In this document: piece after piece, positions 36,908 to 49,679 of the stretch | Numbering within the stretch: position 1 is the stretch's first letter | Layout of the letters: each line of letters begins with the position of its first letter | Assembly: GCF_006345805.1 (NCBI RefSeq) | Contig: NC_043014.1 | Location: 17,112,001-17,176,000 of the forward strand | DNA: 64,000 nt | Origin: Octopus sinensis | Taxonomy: Eukaryota | Direction: 5' to 3' | Position numbers and translations under genes: made by a program | Notes under the pieces: model-generated | The model's input: the letters and a program-made list of their open reading frames with translations, nothing else | What the model was told of the DNA's origin: nothing | Databases searched by the model: none

Positions 36908-38291
36908 CAGCACGGAAAATGGATATAAACTGATGATAATGATCAAATACAGGTATGGCCATGTGGTTACAAAGCTCATTTTACCAACCATATGGTTTCA
37001 GGTTCAGTACCACTGCACAACACCTCAGTCAAGTGCCTTCTGCTACAGCCCCAGACTGAACGATGCTCTGGGAGTCAGAAATTGCTAAGAAGCCTATCAT
37101 GTGTGCTCACCCACACTGCTTGACACAATCAGTGTTTGTTTCCCCCATACTGTGATACACACCAGATTCTAAGTGGGTAGATTGACCTGTTAAAAATAAC
37201 AGCCACATGTCCCAAAAGAAAAGACTCATTGAGTTATGTAGTCCTACATACAAAATGATAAGGTTCAGAAACGGTGTTATAGATTACGCCTAATCGAAAA
37301 CGATCACAGCCACATCATCCAAACAGACCATACGAGCTTAGCTGCTCGTATATATATATATATATATATAATCGTTTTCGATTAGGCATAATCTATAACA
37401 ACATTTCTCAACCTTATCATTTTGGGTCCCCTGCTATATGAACATTTCCTGACCCCACCCTGTCAGAAAACAGCTTCTAAATAACTGGTTGTTTTTATGG
37501 CGAAAGAAAGAGGGGGAATTCCATTAGAAAAGTTTTAATCAATTTTCTCAGTAAGTATGGGGACTAGGAAAAAAATACAAACTGCATTCCAATCTATGCA
37601 CCTGTCCCCACATGTGAGCCATTTTTCACGCGAATCCACCAAGCCGTTTGGCTGTGAACCTCAAGACAAGAAAGAATACAACGATTGCCCATGTCCAATT
37701 TATATTATAGATAACATGGCTGTGTGGTTAAGAAGTACACTTCTCAAACACGTGATTTTAAGTTCAGTCCCATTGGGTGGCACCATGGGCAAGCATCATC
37801 TGGACCATCCAATGCCTTGTAAGTGGCCTAGATACACAGAAGCTGAAACGTGTGTTAGAATGTATGCCTGTACAAACATGTATGCTCGTATCTCCTTGAC
37901 TTGATATTGCATGTTAATCATAAATGCTTGTTGTTGTTTCACATAGCAGCATGTTTCATTTCCAATATTCTGCAAGAACATGATTGGCCATGGATAGATA
38001 TAATACCTTATTTGAAAACAGGTGAGAGTTGGCAACACCAAAGGGCGTCTGGCTGTAGAAAATCTGCCTAAACTAAACTTCGTCCAACTCATAAGAACGA
38101 AAAAGTGAACAATAAAACAATGATGATGATGACGATGATGTAATAACAATGAGTTTAAGTTTGTGCTTTTTTTTTTTTAATTTATCTAGTTTCAGCTCAT
38201 GAGCTGTGGCCATGCTGGGGCACCAACATTTGTGCACACATACATATGTAAGTACTTACATGTGTTTTCGGATTAATAATTTAAAAGTTAC

Positions 38292-38462
38292 CTTGCTTTC
38301 ATATTTCTGCTGCAAGTCCACAAGACTTGATTCATGCTGATTTTGTAATGATTTCACTTTCATTTCACTTGAGTCTTTCTCTTTGATAGCTTCCACATAA
38401 TTATTTTTAAGGTCTTTTACAGTAGACTTGTCATTATTGTGGTCAATCCGTTCTTTGATACT
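38292..38462 (-). CDS. KIF4: KIF4-like exon SIKERIDHNNDK...SLVDLQQKYESK (coiled coil)
   Basis: AG/GT, 171 bp, phase 0/0; the end matches KIF4 ..RMEQQHQEK. Confidence 0.85.
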
Positions 38463-39498
38463 CTGCATGAAAGAGATTTAATTAATGTGACTGCATGAGA
38501 ATATGAAAAATTACAAGACATTAATTCACCTGCAAGTGACATTGCAATAAATAAATAAATAAATAAAAAACCAACAGTCGAGTGGACTGTGTTAAAATCT
38601 GTCTTAAAGGAACTGAAAACTTGAAGTTAGATGGAAAATTATTGCCATTCTAGCTATATATAAATATTTACTTCAATAAGAAGCATGTTTTGTAGAGAAC
38701 TACTAAATTGTGAGTGAATATATATATATAGAGATAAATAAATAAATGGAGTTAAATGCAGATGTTATTAAAATCATTAAAGATTTCAATAACACCTGCA
38801 TTTAACTCCATTTATTTATTTATCTATGTTATATAAAAACATTTCACCAAAACCTGGAGTTTCTACCTTTATAAGTAGGCTGTTATATCCTTGGTACTTG
38901 TGTGAATTTTTGCTACCCTGGTAACTGTTTATTTATTTTTCCCATGTTATTTGTAAACAGTGAAAAAATACACATACATTTATTTATATATATGGCATGT
39001 TAAGCACACCATTCAAGTGTGATCATTACCGCGTCGCCTTACTAGCACTTGTGCTGGTGGCATGTGAAATATTTGTGCGAGGTCGTCGCCACTACCGCTG
39101 GACTGGTTCCTGTGCAGGTGGCATGTAAATAGCACCATTTGGGTGTGGCCATTGCCAGTACCACCAAACTGGCCCTCATGCCGGTGACACGTAAAAGCAC
39201 CCACTACACTCTCAGAGTGTTGATGATGATGATATATATCCCCTTTTAACTTTTTAGCATTTACATTGGCTACATCCAGCTCAAATATTCCACCTATTTT
39301 ATGTGGAGGATCAGATCCAACTCATATAGCCTGCTTATTTTATGCTCAGATCTGGCATATCACACCAAACTTACAGTGCCATTCTAACACTAAACAAATA
39401 CATGATTGATTCAACACAATGTGGATAAATAAGCGTCACATTGGACAGAATAATCTGAAATCTAAACGGTTGAGATAAGAAAAATATAAAAATCTTAC

Positions 39499-39575
39499 CT
39501 TCTCAATTAAAAAGTTCAAAAGAACTTTAGAATCGTTGATGCTACGGATTGTTTCAACACATCCTTTGAATTTAT
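39499..39575 (-). CDS. KIF4: KIF4-like exon (D)KFKGCVETIRSINDSKVLLNFLIEK
   Basis: AG/GT, 77 bp, phase 1/0; matches KIF4 WENIATILEAKCALKYLI. Confidence 0.88.
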
Positions 39576-39722
39576 CTAAAAGAAAGAATTTGTCAAGATT
39601 TTAGAGAAAAGGTAAAATATTAATGTCTGCAATAAATATATGTAAGAAAAATTAAATTTATAGAAAGAAAAAATTATGACTGGAATAACAAAAAAATAAA
39701 AGAAATCAGAATTAATTCTTAC

Positions 39723-39772
39723 CATTTTCTGCCTCTTGGATTTCTGATTGAAGAGTGGCAATTTGAACATTT
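39723..39772 (-). CDS. KIF4: KIF4-like exon (R)NVQIATLQSEIQEAEN
   Basis: AG/GT, 50 bp, phase 2/1; matches KIF4 RSAQIADLQQKLLDAE. Confidence 0.9.
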
Positions 39773-39869
39773 CTATAATATATGCGAAATAGTATTGAAA
39801 ATAGCAATAAGTTTAAGAATATAAAGGAATTTAGATTCATATTACATATCCACAGAATTATGTATAAGC

Positions 39870-40205
39870 AGGCATGGCTGTGTGGTAAGAAACTTGCTTC
39901 CAAACCACATGGTTCCAAGTTCAGACCCACTGTGTGGCACCATGGGCAAGTGTCTTATACTATAGCCTTAGGCCAACCAAAGCCTTGTGAATGGATTTGG
40001 TAGACGGAAACTGAAAGAAGCCCGTCGTATATATATATATGTATATCTACATGCATGTTTTGTCTCCTCACCCCACTCCACAACTGGTGTTTGTGTTTAC
40101 ACCTTTGTAACTTAGCAGTTCAGCCAAAGAGACTAATAGAATAAGTACCAGGTTTTAAAAACAAAAAAGTACTGGGGTTGATACAGTTCAATGTGGTGCC
40201 CCAGC
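39870..40205 (+). mobile_element. SINE family A
   Basis: Head ggcatggctgtgtggtaag, with core and partial tail. Further + strand copies at ~31070, 35270, 36950, 37715, 41680, 44570, 53378, 56170 and 62160. Confidence 0.85.
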
Positions 40206-40322
40206 AACAAGATTTTTAAAAAAGGCATCAATTTCTGACAGAATATTGGAGAATGACTGCTTATTTTGATGGTAGCCCTCATTCACAACTACCAAACAAT
40301 GTCAAAACAAGGACACACAAAC

Positions 40323-41432
40323 ACAATGGTGCATTCCAGAAGTTTTGAGATTTTTTCAGGAGCGACAATTGTAACTATATTGCATTATTGAATTTCTGTA
40401 TATCATTATGATACATCTAATAAGCTGACCTGCCACCAACTTTTTTTTTTTTTATTATTCCAGATTGAAGGAGATGGCTGTAGCAGTATTTTGAACACAC
40501 CCTACAAAACACTGCTGACTGGTTTGCAGAATACAGTTGAGACATGACCATTTGGAAGCTTACCATGTTTTGTGTTAAAACTAGGCAAAAATGCTACAGA
40601 AAATTATGAAATGCTCCAGACTGGTCATGGATTAACATGTATGAGCTGAGCATTTGCTTTTTGCTGGCACAAGTGCATCAAAGCTCTTTAAGGTGAGGAA
40701 CAATGACAAGAAGCATATAGTTTGGAATTGGTGTAGCAAGTGAACACAGGACTATTCATGAAGATCTGAACGCGAGTAAAATTTGTGCAAAGCTTGTTCT
40801 TGAGGTGCACACTGATGAACAGAAGGAATAAAGCATTGGTGACAGCAGGGAGATGGTTGAGCTCATTAACTCCAAACGAAGAGCACTTGAGTCTCAGGTG
40901 AGCTGTGACGAAATCTGGATCTACTGCTATGATCCAGCGACCAAGAGGCACAGTGCCCAATGGAAGGCCAGAGAAAGCAAGTCCACCAGGAAGCTTGTTA
41001 TGATCCCTGCTTTTCAAAAGCAACAGCAAATAGCATCATCTACATCCACTAGGTTTCCTCAACAAAAAGTGCCTTGTGGTGGTTTGGCGGGATTTAGGAA
41101 GAGATTTTGTTGCAAAATGCCAGAGCACTTTCCATCAGGACAATGCACCAGTCCATAATTCTATCCTGGCAGAGATGGACATCAAAACTGTCCCTCGCTC
41201 TCCGTGCAACCCAGACCTTGCTCCCTGTGACTTTTGGTTGTTCCCCAAACTGGAGGAAGCTGCAACAAGGGTCCTGACATCTTCACCCTGAAGTTCTACA
41301 CAAAGGGGCTGGAGAGTTGCAAGAGCATTGAAGGGAGATGATACTACTTTGAAGGAGAATAGTGTTTTGTATTTCTTTGAAATTAATAAGTGTCCCTCCT
41401 AAAAAAGTCTCAAAAATTCTGGAATGCACCTC
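40323..41432 (+). mobile_element. Degraded mariner, third subfamily, with both TIRs
   Basis: ggtgcattccagaagttttgagattttt / aaaaagtctcaaaaattctggaatgcacctcg|ta. Motifs DEIWIYCYDP, HQDNAPVH and NPDLAPCDFWLFPKL. Confidence 0.88.
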
Positions 41433-41548
41433 GTAGTTAGTTTACTAAATTCTTCATCGGTTTTGAAAACAAAATGGAATGAAAACAATACATTTTAACA
41501 GAAATATAGTAACATTAGCATTCAGAAAATTAACATACAAACACAAAC

Positions 41549-41631
41549 CTGTCATTAATTTCATCAGTTAACTTTATGATACTAATGTTCACCTCCTTTG
41601 GACTGCCATCACCATCAGTTGTTATACGTTT
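41549..41631 (-). CDS. KIF4: KIF4-like exon KRITTDGDGSPKEVNISIIKLTDEIND(R)
   Basis: AG/GT, 83 bp, phase 0/2; exactly bridges the phases of its neighbours. Confidence 0.8.
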
Positions 41632-43129
41632 CTGAAAATGGAATTCATTAAAATTTTTTTTTTAATTTTTACATAAGGTGCAGCTTGGCTGTGTGGTAAG
41701 AAGTTTAATTCCCAACTACAGGATTTGGAGTTCAGTGCCACTGCGTGCCATCTTATGCAAGTTTCATCTATAGCCATGAACTGATGCATTGAGTGAATTT
41801 GGCAGATGCAGACTGAATAACCCCCATCATATTAGCGTGTGTGTGCATCTTTGTATTTGTCTCACCACTACTACTTGACAACCAGTACTGGTTTGTTTAC
41901 ATCCCCATAACTTAGCAGTTCGACCTAAGTGACTGACAGAATAACAGGCTTAAAAAAAAAAAAAAAAGCACTGGGATTACTTCATTCAACTTAAACCCTT
42001 TGAAACAGTGCCCAAGCATGGCCGCATCCCAGAGTGTGAAACAAGTAAAAGAATAAAAGAAAGAATCACTGAGACAAGTGGAGAAGTTTAAGTATCTCAA
42101 GAATACAGGGAAACATGAAGCTGAATGGGATGCTAGAATTGCAGGTGTTGGCACAATAATGTGCCAGTTCCAGTGTCTGATCCTCCGAAGGGAAGAAACT
42201 GGTTAAAAGAATACAAAGTAGCCAAACTCACTACTTTCATTTTGGTTTCCATGCCTAACCTCCCCTATGGTCATGAATGCCAGGTAATGACCAAAAAGAG
42301 TAGAATTGTGAATGCAATTAGCTGAAATGGGATTCTTCCAAACATTACTCTTCAGAGTAAAGTTACTTGACAAGATGCATAACTCAAGGGTTCAGGGAGT
42401 CTCTCCCTCCTTCCCTCCAGGCTGAGCTGTTGCTTCTCTACATTGGGAGGTCACAGCTCTGGCACCATGGACATCATCATCGTTTAATGTCTGCTTTCCA
42501 TGCTGGCATAGGTTGGACGGTTTGACTGGTGACTGGCAAGCCAAGAGGCTGCACCAGGCTCCAATCTGATCTGGCAAAGTTTCTACAGCTGGATGCCTTT
42601 CCTAACACCAACCACTCCATGAGTGTAGTGGGTGCTTTTTACGTGCCACCAGCATGGGAGCCAGTCAGGTGGCACTGGCAATGGCCACGCTCAAATGGTG
42701 CTTCTAACATGTCACCAGCACGAAGTGAATGTTACAAGAAAGAATCCCAAGATGGATTCTTCAAGCCATGCCAATTGGCAGGGGACCTATGGGTAGACCA
42801 AAGAATGAGTTGGTTGAATAGCATCCAATGCCAGTTCATCATATTTGGTAATCCTGCTGAAGCATGTTATTTTGGTTACTTCTGATAGGACCCTATGGAA
42901 GGGATGCCTGAGGACTCTACCTCCAAGATTCTTCTAGAAATAGCAAGTGGAGAAGATGAATGAATGATTGTTCTACATATTTTAGCAACACTAACAACTT
43001 TTCATGAAATGCTAGATGGGATCACTTCATTTAAATTTCTCATTCTCTTCCATACAGATCTTTATACCTTAAATTCCTTAATATAAATTTTAAACTTTAT
43101 AAGTAAAATTATAAACAAAAAACACCAAC

Positions 43130-43264
43130 CTTTGTAGGTGGATCTGAATTTTTCAAGCGCCTCAACTCCAAAGACAAAGTTTTTCGGTCTTCAACCAAAT
43201 TCTTTAAGTGGTATTTTGCTTCCTGGACTCGAACTTTCACTTCCAATTCTTGTTCCAATAGTGT
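43130..43264 (-). CDS. KIF4: KIF4-like exon TLLEQELEVKVRVQEAKYHLKNLVEDRKTLSLELRRLKNSDPPTK
   Basis: AG/GT, 135 bp; matches KIF4 [26 protein letters not shown]. Confidence 0.92.
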
Positions 43265-44397
43265 CTAACATTATATAAACATGATTATATGTATTACTTT
43301 CTTGTCAAAAACATTTATGCATAGACATCATCATAAAGGAAATGATCCTGAGGTAACTCCTGATTTATAATGCTTTTTATTGGTTTATATATTTAGTTAT
43401 CATTGAAACAATTACAAAAGAAAAAAAGCTTTTACAATTCTAAGTAGTTACACCCAAACTTAGTAACGATTGTAAGAAGTTACACTTTGTTTTGTCAATA
43501 TAATCAAATTCTCTACTAGATGTGTGTGTGTATGTAAAGAAGAAAAGTGTATGTTGGTAGAAAACTTCACTATAGGTGGAAACTATTGGTATTAAACAAG
43601 AACATGGGTGTTTAATAACCCTTAAATTCTTAACATTTTTCTCTGTCATGTTTGATACAATAATCATGTAAAGCCTTTAGTAATACAAACATTTTATCTT
43701 TTTTTCTTGTTTTTGTTACTCAATCGTATAGATAAAAACACATCAGAGATTGGAAAAAGACATTTCTTAAAGTATACATAAAAGAAGAGATTATATATGC
43801 AATCATAGAGGAACAAAGATAATAATGATCATCCTACAAGTTATACATTAAAAAATGAAACAAGAAACAAAAAAAAATTATAACTGGATATTAAATAGTT
43901 AATCCTTAAGCATTTAAATGAGCCAGATTGAATATTTTACCTGTTTTATTGTCAAACTGGCCAGATCTATCCTCTCACACCCACCCTACAATGTCATTCT
44001 AAATATAAACAATTGCATCACTGAAATCTCAAGGCTACGAGATAACACATGACTAATTCAAAACAATGTCAATAAATAAGTATTAAATTTGACAGAGTAA
44101 TCTAAATGCGAAAAGGCTTTTTGTTGTATTCTTATACTCAAATTTAGCCACACCCACTTTAACTGCTAGAACAAGCGACAAAATCACCAACAAATCACAA
44201 ATATCGATAGGTTAAAAAAAAAAAAAAACTCCAAATGATATGGTTCACAGTTAGAATTCCTTTCATCATCCATTTATTCAATCAAGGTTGACTCGGGGTT
44301 AAATATCAAAGTTCCTTTCACAATCAGGAGAGGAACTAAATTACTGAAATTCCTTTTACATTCATACAAAATTCAACAAAAACAAAACCCATCATGC

Positions 44398-44514
44398 CTT
44401 TAATTTTGTTGCATTTGCACTAGCGTCATATCTTTCAAAATTATTGTTGCGATCATTCCTGACAAGAGCTTGCTTCTTTAATGCCTCTTTTAATCTTTTG
44501 TTTGCAACTGCAGC
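44398..44514 (-). CDS. KIF4: KIF4-like exon AAVANKRLKEALKKQ...ANATKLK (GC donor)
   Basis: Matches KIF4 AAAANKRLKDALQKQ; 117 bp; ends AAG|GCATGA. Confidence 0.9.
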
Positions 44515-45045
44515 CTACATAGGATAAGTATTTTACAAAATAAGAATTGTATCATCTTATCTTGTCTTGGTTGTGTGCTAAGAAGTCTCGTTTCCTACCA
44601 CATGGTCTTGGGTTCTGTGTGGCACTTTGGGCAAGTGTCTTCTATTATAACGCCAGGTAACCAAAGCCTCGTGAGTGGATCTAGTAGGTGGAGACTGAAA
44701 GAAGCCCACATTGTGTGTGTGTGTGTGTGTTATCTTCAACCACTGCTTGAAAACTGGTATTGGTTTGTTCATGCCTCCACAATTTAGCACCTTAGCTAGT
44801 CTAATGGAGAAGTACCAGACTTTAAAAATAAGTCGGTGGGCGGCGGGGTAAATTAGTTTAACTAAAAGCTTTCAATGCAGTGCCTCAGCATGGCTACAGT
44901 CCAATGACTGAAATAAGTAAAAAAACTTTTTAAAAGTACAATTCTTTTTTTGTAAAATACTATTCATATGTTAATCTCATAGTCGTGCACATTAGAACGA
45001 AAAAACAAAAAATGAAGGAAAATTTATGAAGAATAAGTCAGAAAC

Positions 45046-45129
45046 CTCTTCAGATTTCCTTTTAAGTATGGCCTGCTGCTTTTCTTGAGCTCTTTGTAGC
45101 TTTTGGATTTCAAATTGTCTTTTTCGGTC
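45046..45129 (-). CDS. KIF4: KIF4-like exon DRKRQFEIQKLQRAQEKQQAILKRKSEE
   Basis: AG/GT, 84 bp; matches KIF4 [28 protein letters not shown]. Confidence 0.93.
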
Positions 45130-45305
45130 CTATATAAATAGAAGATAAAATAGTATAGATTTTTTTTAAATAATTAAAAATATTAAATACATTAAATAAT
45201 ATTAAACAAATACGGATCTAAAATTTCCAAGTTACATGCAATAAGCTGTATTATTCACACAATAGAAAAAGAACAAAAATAAGAAGAGTAAAAAAAAAAT
45301 CTTAC

Positions 45306-45416
45306 ATTCTGTAGAAGCTTGTTAACTTCCACATCTTTTTTCATTTTCCAACTACGGTAAACGCCAGCTTCTTTCTTCATTTTCTTTATGAGATTAACTC
45401 GGTTGGTTTTCAGGAT
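45306..45416 (-). CDS. KIF4: KIF4-like exon ILKTNRVNLIKKMKKEAGVYRSWKMKKDVEVNKLLQN
   Basis: AG/GT, 111 bp; matches KIF4 [33 protein letters not shown]. Confidence 0.92.
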
Positions 45417-45468
45417 CTAAGAAATAGAACCACAAAACTATAATGGGGGGACATTTATTATTACTTGT

Positions 45469-45568
45469 NNNNNNNNNNNNNNNNNNNNNNNNNNNNNNNN
45501 NNNNNNNNNNNNNNNNNNNNNNNNNNNNNNNNNNNNNNNNNNNNNNNNNNNNNNNNNNNNNNNNNNNN
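45469..45568. other. Assembly gap (100 N)
   Basis: Direct read. Confidence 1.
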
Positions 45569-46519
45569 TTTGCAACTGCAGCCTACATAGGATAAGTATT
45601 TTACAAAATAAGAATTGTATCATCTTATCTTGTCTTGGTTGTGTGCTAAGAAGTCTCGTTTCCTACCACATGGTCTTGGGTTCTGTGTGGCACTTTGGGC
45701 AAGTGTCTTCTATTATAACGCCAGGTAACCAAAGCCTCGTGAGTGGATCTAGTAGGTGGACTGAAAGAAGCCCACATTGTGTGTGTGTGGTGTGTTATCT
45801 TCAACCACTGCTTGAAAACTGGTATTGGTTTGTCATGCCTCCACAATTTAGCACCTTAGCTAGTCTAATGGAGAAGTACCAGACTTTAAAAATAAGTCGG
45901 TGGGCGGCGGGGTATTAGTTTAACTAAAAGCTTTCAATGCAGTCCTCAGCATGGCTACAGTCCAATGACTGAATAAGTAAAAAAACTTTTTAAAAGTACA
46001 ATTCTTTTTTTGTAAAATACTATTCAATGTTAATCTCATAGTCGTGCACATTAGAACGAAAAACAAAAAATGAAGGAAAATTTATGAAGAATAAGTCAAA
46101 ACCTCTTCAGATTTCCTTTTAAGTATGGCCTGCTGCTTTTCTTGAGCTCTTTGTAGCTTTTGGATTTCAAATTGTCTTTTTCGGTCCTATATAATAGAAG
46201 ATAAAATAGTATAGATTTTTTTTAATAATTAAAAATATTAAATACATTAAATAATATTAAACAATACGGATCTAAAATTTCCAAGTTACATGCAATAAGC
46301 TGTATTATTCACACAATAGAAAAAGAACAAAAATAAGAAGAGTAAAAAAAAAATCTTACATTCTGTAGAAGCTTGTTAACTTCCACATCTTTTTTCATTT
46401 TCCAACTACGGTAAACGCCAGCTTCTTTCTTCATTTTCTTTATAGATTAACTCGGTTGGTTTTCAGGATCTAAGAAATAGAACCACAAAACTTAATGGGG
46501 GGACATTTATTATTACTTG
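45569..46519. other. Lower-quality duplicate of ~44500-45468 (likely unmerged contig overlap)
   Basis: Same sequence with many single-base deletions, directly across the gap. Confidence 0.85.
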
Positions 46520-46589
46520 TGAGAATTCCTATTTGCAAGCATATTGCAATCTTGTAGGTAAGTAATGGTATGTATCTGTCATTTCCAAC

Positions 46590-47290
46590 ATATAAAAGAC
46601 AAGATGTGTAAAGCAGATTGTATGATGCCTGTGTACATACAGCTATGTTACATGGCAGTGACACATGGGCTTTGACTACAGAGGACTTGTGAAGGATTGA
46701 AAGAAATGAATCTAGCATGCTCCACTGGATGGGTAATGTCAGTGTGCACACACACAACAGAGTGTAAATGATTTAAGAGGAAACTGGGTATGAGAGGCAT
46801 CAGATGTGGTGGGCAAGAGAGAAGACTGTGCTGGTTTAGTCATGTGATGTGTGTGGATGAGGACAGCTACGTAAAGAAGTACTGAGTTCTAATTGTGGAG
46901 GGTACTTGTTGAAGGGGTAGAACCAAGAAGATGTGGAGAGAAGTAGTGAGAAAGGATCTTTGGATGCTAGGCCTCATTGTGGAAATTAAAAGGGACCAAG
47001 CGATGTGGTGATTTGCTGTACCTGGATAAGACATGTCAAGCTAAGTAAAATTGCTGTTTCCCACAGGTTTTCAGTCGTGCCAGTTCTATGTTGCAACACC
47101 CATGCCAGTGGCACATAAAAAGCATCCAACTCACTCTACAAAGTGGTTGGCATTAGGAATGACAGCATCCAGCTGTAGAAACCTTGCCACAATAGACTGT
47201 TGAAGTTTGGACAGCTCTCTGCTATCTAGCTCCATGTCAAACCATGAAACCCATGCCAGCACAGAGAGTGGACATTAAACGATGATGATG
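46590..47290 (+). mobile_element. Decayed 5'-truncated RTE copy
   Basis: gatgcctgtgtacatacagctatgttacatggcagtgacacatggg matches RT C-terminal DACV.TAMLHGSETW; (GAT)n tail at ~47280. Confidence 0.8.
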
Positions 47291-47628
47291 ACCTAGCCAG
47301 AACTGATTTGAACCACTTCAGGTGGTCTTTGCACATATGAGATTTCTCTCATTCAGATCTCAGTGAGTCAAGTTACGGCAGACTAAAAATGTCCAAGACA
47401 ACTGGGTGCAGGGGTTGGAATGGGAGTGAGCGATGCAAGAATCAAAAGCTTTAATGGAGCTTTGCTCAAAGTTTAACCTCTTTAGTTTTAAATTGGCCAC
47501 ATCCTGCCTCTCATACCTATCCTACAATATCATTCTAAAACTAACAATTACACATCATTGAAATCTAAAAGCTATGAGTTAATAAATGATAATCAAAACA
47601 ATGTCAATAAGTAAGCATTACTTTTGAC

Positions 47629-47776
47629 CAGGGCAGTGGAGTTGGAATCGGTAAAACTACACTGACTCTGACCCACAATGTTTTTATTCTTTATGTGATA
47701 TATGTTAATTAATTACGCTTAATTACATAAAGAGGAGTCAGAGTCAAAGTTTTTTTGTTTCCACTCCACAGCCCTG
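47629..47776. mobile_element. 148-bp hAT-type MITE nested in a piggyBac-type MITE
   Basis: cttttgac|CAGGGCAGTGGAGT...ACTCCACAGCCCTG|cttttgac: a perfect 8-bp TSD. Confidence 0.9.
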
Positions 47777-48654
47777 CTTTTGACAGAATATTTGAATGTT
47801 AGAGCTCAAGCAAGTCCTTGAAATTTGATTATCAATGACCAACAGGAAAAGAAATATCAGTAAACCCTTTAGCATTTAAACTGGTCAAAATAGTTTACCT
47901 GTTTTAGATTCAAACTGGCCAGATCCTACTTCTCACACCCAGCCTACAATGTTATACTAAAACTAAATCACATCATTGAAATCTCAAAGCTATGAGGTAA
48001 TATAGGTTTAATTTAAAACAATGTGAATAAATAAGTATCATATTTGACAGAGTAATCTGTGAATGCTGAACTGTTAATGGTTGTTGATGCTTGTTGAATT
48101 CATCTACTCTTGTAGTTTATTTCTTTTCCTTTCTTCTCTATTTCCAGACTATGTGAGTTTATTTGTCAATGGTCCAACAATGAAGAAGACAGCATTTGCT
48201 TATATTTATATTGTAATTACTATATTAACTTTCCATGTCATATGTTAACAACTGCAAAATAATATTTCATTGGTCAACATGCAAGACTACTACATAGATA
48301 AACCAACGAAATAGGAGGATTAGAATTATATAAGGTCTAACACTTTCATTACTATATTTCTAACCAAAATACACTACTTATGTCTTTCAATTAAATTCTA
48401 CAAAACTGACTGTAGACTGGTTTCACAAAAACAACAAAATTTATTTATATATTAACATATTAATATGAATTTTGGAATGCAGTTTGACAAATGGTCCTTG
48501 ACCTAATTTATTTCATAACTTTTGTCTCAAAGTAAATCTAATTACAGGTAAATTCAACAAAATCTAAAATTATTTAAATGTTTAATTATCACCACAGAAA
48601 AGGAGTTATTAGCTGATATTCTATTGGGCATACAATAATTAAAAGTGGTACTCT

Positions 48655-49022
48655 GCCAATTGTGATGACAAGGGTTCCAGTTGATCCGAACAATGGAAGA
48701 ACCTGCTCATGAAAGTAATGTGAAAGTGGCTGAGTACTCCACAGACATGTGTACTCTTAACATAGTTCTCAGGGAGATTCAGCATGATACAGAGTGTGAT
48801 GAGGCTGGGCCTTTGAAATACAGGTACAACAGAAACAGGAAGAGTGACAGAACGCTGTGGTGAAAGAGTACAGCAAGGTTCACGACCACCCCCTGCCAGA
48901 GCCTCATGGAGCTTTAGGCGTTTTTGCTCAATAAACACTCACAACGTCTGGTCTGGGAACTGAAACAGTGATCCTACGACTGCGAGTCAGCTGCCCTAAC
49001 CACTGGGCCATTGCACCTCCAC
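48655..49022 (-). mobile_element. tRNA-derived SINE family C
   Basis: Minus strand starts gtggaggtgcaatggcccagtggttagggcagctgactcgcagtcgtaggatc...gtttcagttcc (A/B boxes). Confidence 0.75.
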
Positions 49023-49039
49023 ATACAATAATATAGAAG

Positions 49040-49204
49040 AATTGCACACATTATTGGATTATCTATCAATTTGTAATCCTGATTAGCTTTGTTATGCCCC
49101 ATAATAATGTTAATAGCAAACATGCTTGGATTTCCTCTTTGTGTATTTTCTGCATAATGGTTCATGTCTGCAGTAATCAATTCAAACAAAATAAAAGGAA
49201 ACAA
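49040..49204 (-). mobile_element. Possible piggyBac transposase relic
   Basis: FELITADMNHYAE...MFAINIIMGHNK.NQDY resembles the ..IV.ETN.YA..F.GI.I.MG....DYW pattern of PGBD proteins. Confidence 0.4.
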
Positions 49205-49645
49205 TTTATAAAATCTCCTGGTTTAATATTTTTGGAAATCATCATTGTTTAACGTCTGCTTTCCATGCTGGCATGGGTTGGACAGTTTGACTGAGGTCTG
49301 GAGAGCCCATGGCTGCACAAGGCTCCAATCTGATCTGCCCTTCCTAACACCAACCACTCTGAGAGTGTATGGGTGCTTTTACATGCCACCGGCACAAGGG
49401 CCAGTCAGGCAGTTCTGGTGACAGCCATGCTCAAATGGTGTTTTTTATGTGCCACTGGCACAGGAGCCAATCCAGTGACACTTGGCAACGACCTCACTCA
49501 AATGTTGTTTTTCACATGCCAGTAAGGCAACGCTGGTAACGATCACACTCGAATAGTGCTTTTTATATACCACAGGCACAGGAGCCAGTCAGTGGCAATG
49601 ATCCCGCTCGGATGGTGCTTTTAACGTTCCAATGGCATGGGTGCC

Positions 49646-49679
<34 letters not shown>

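Noticed and set aside
46090-46470. Second copies of two KIF4 exons as mutually exclusive exons
   Set aside because: They are frameshifted, lie directly across the N gap and carry homopolymer-type deletions, so they are most likely an unmerged overlap.
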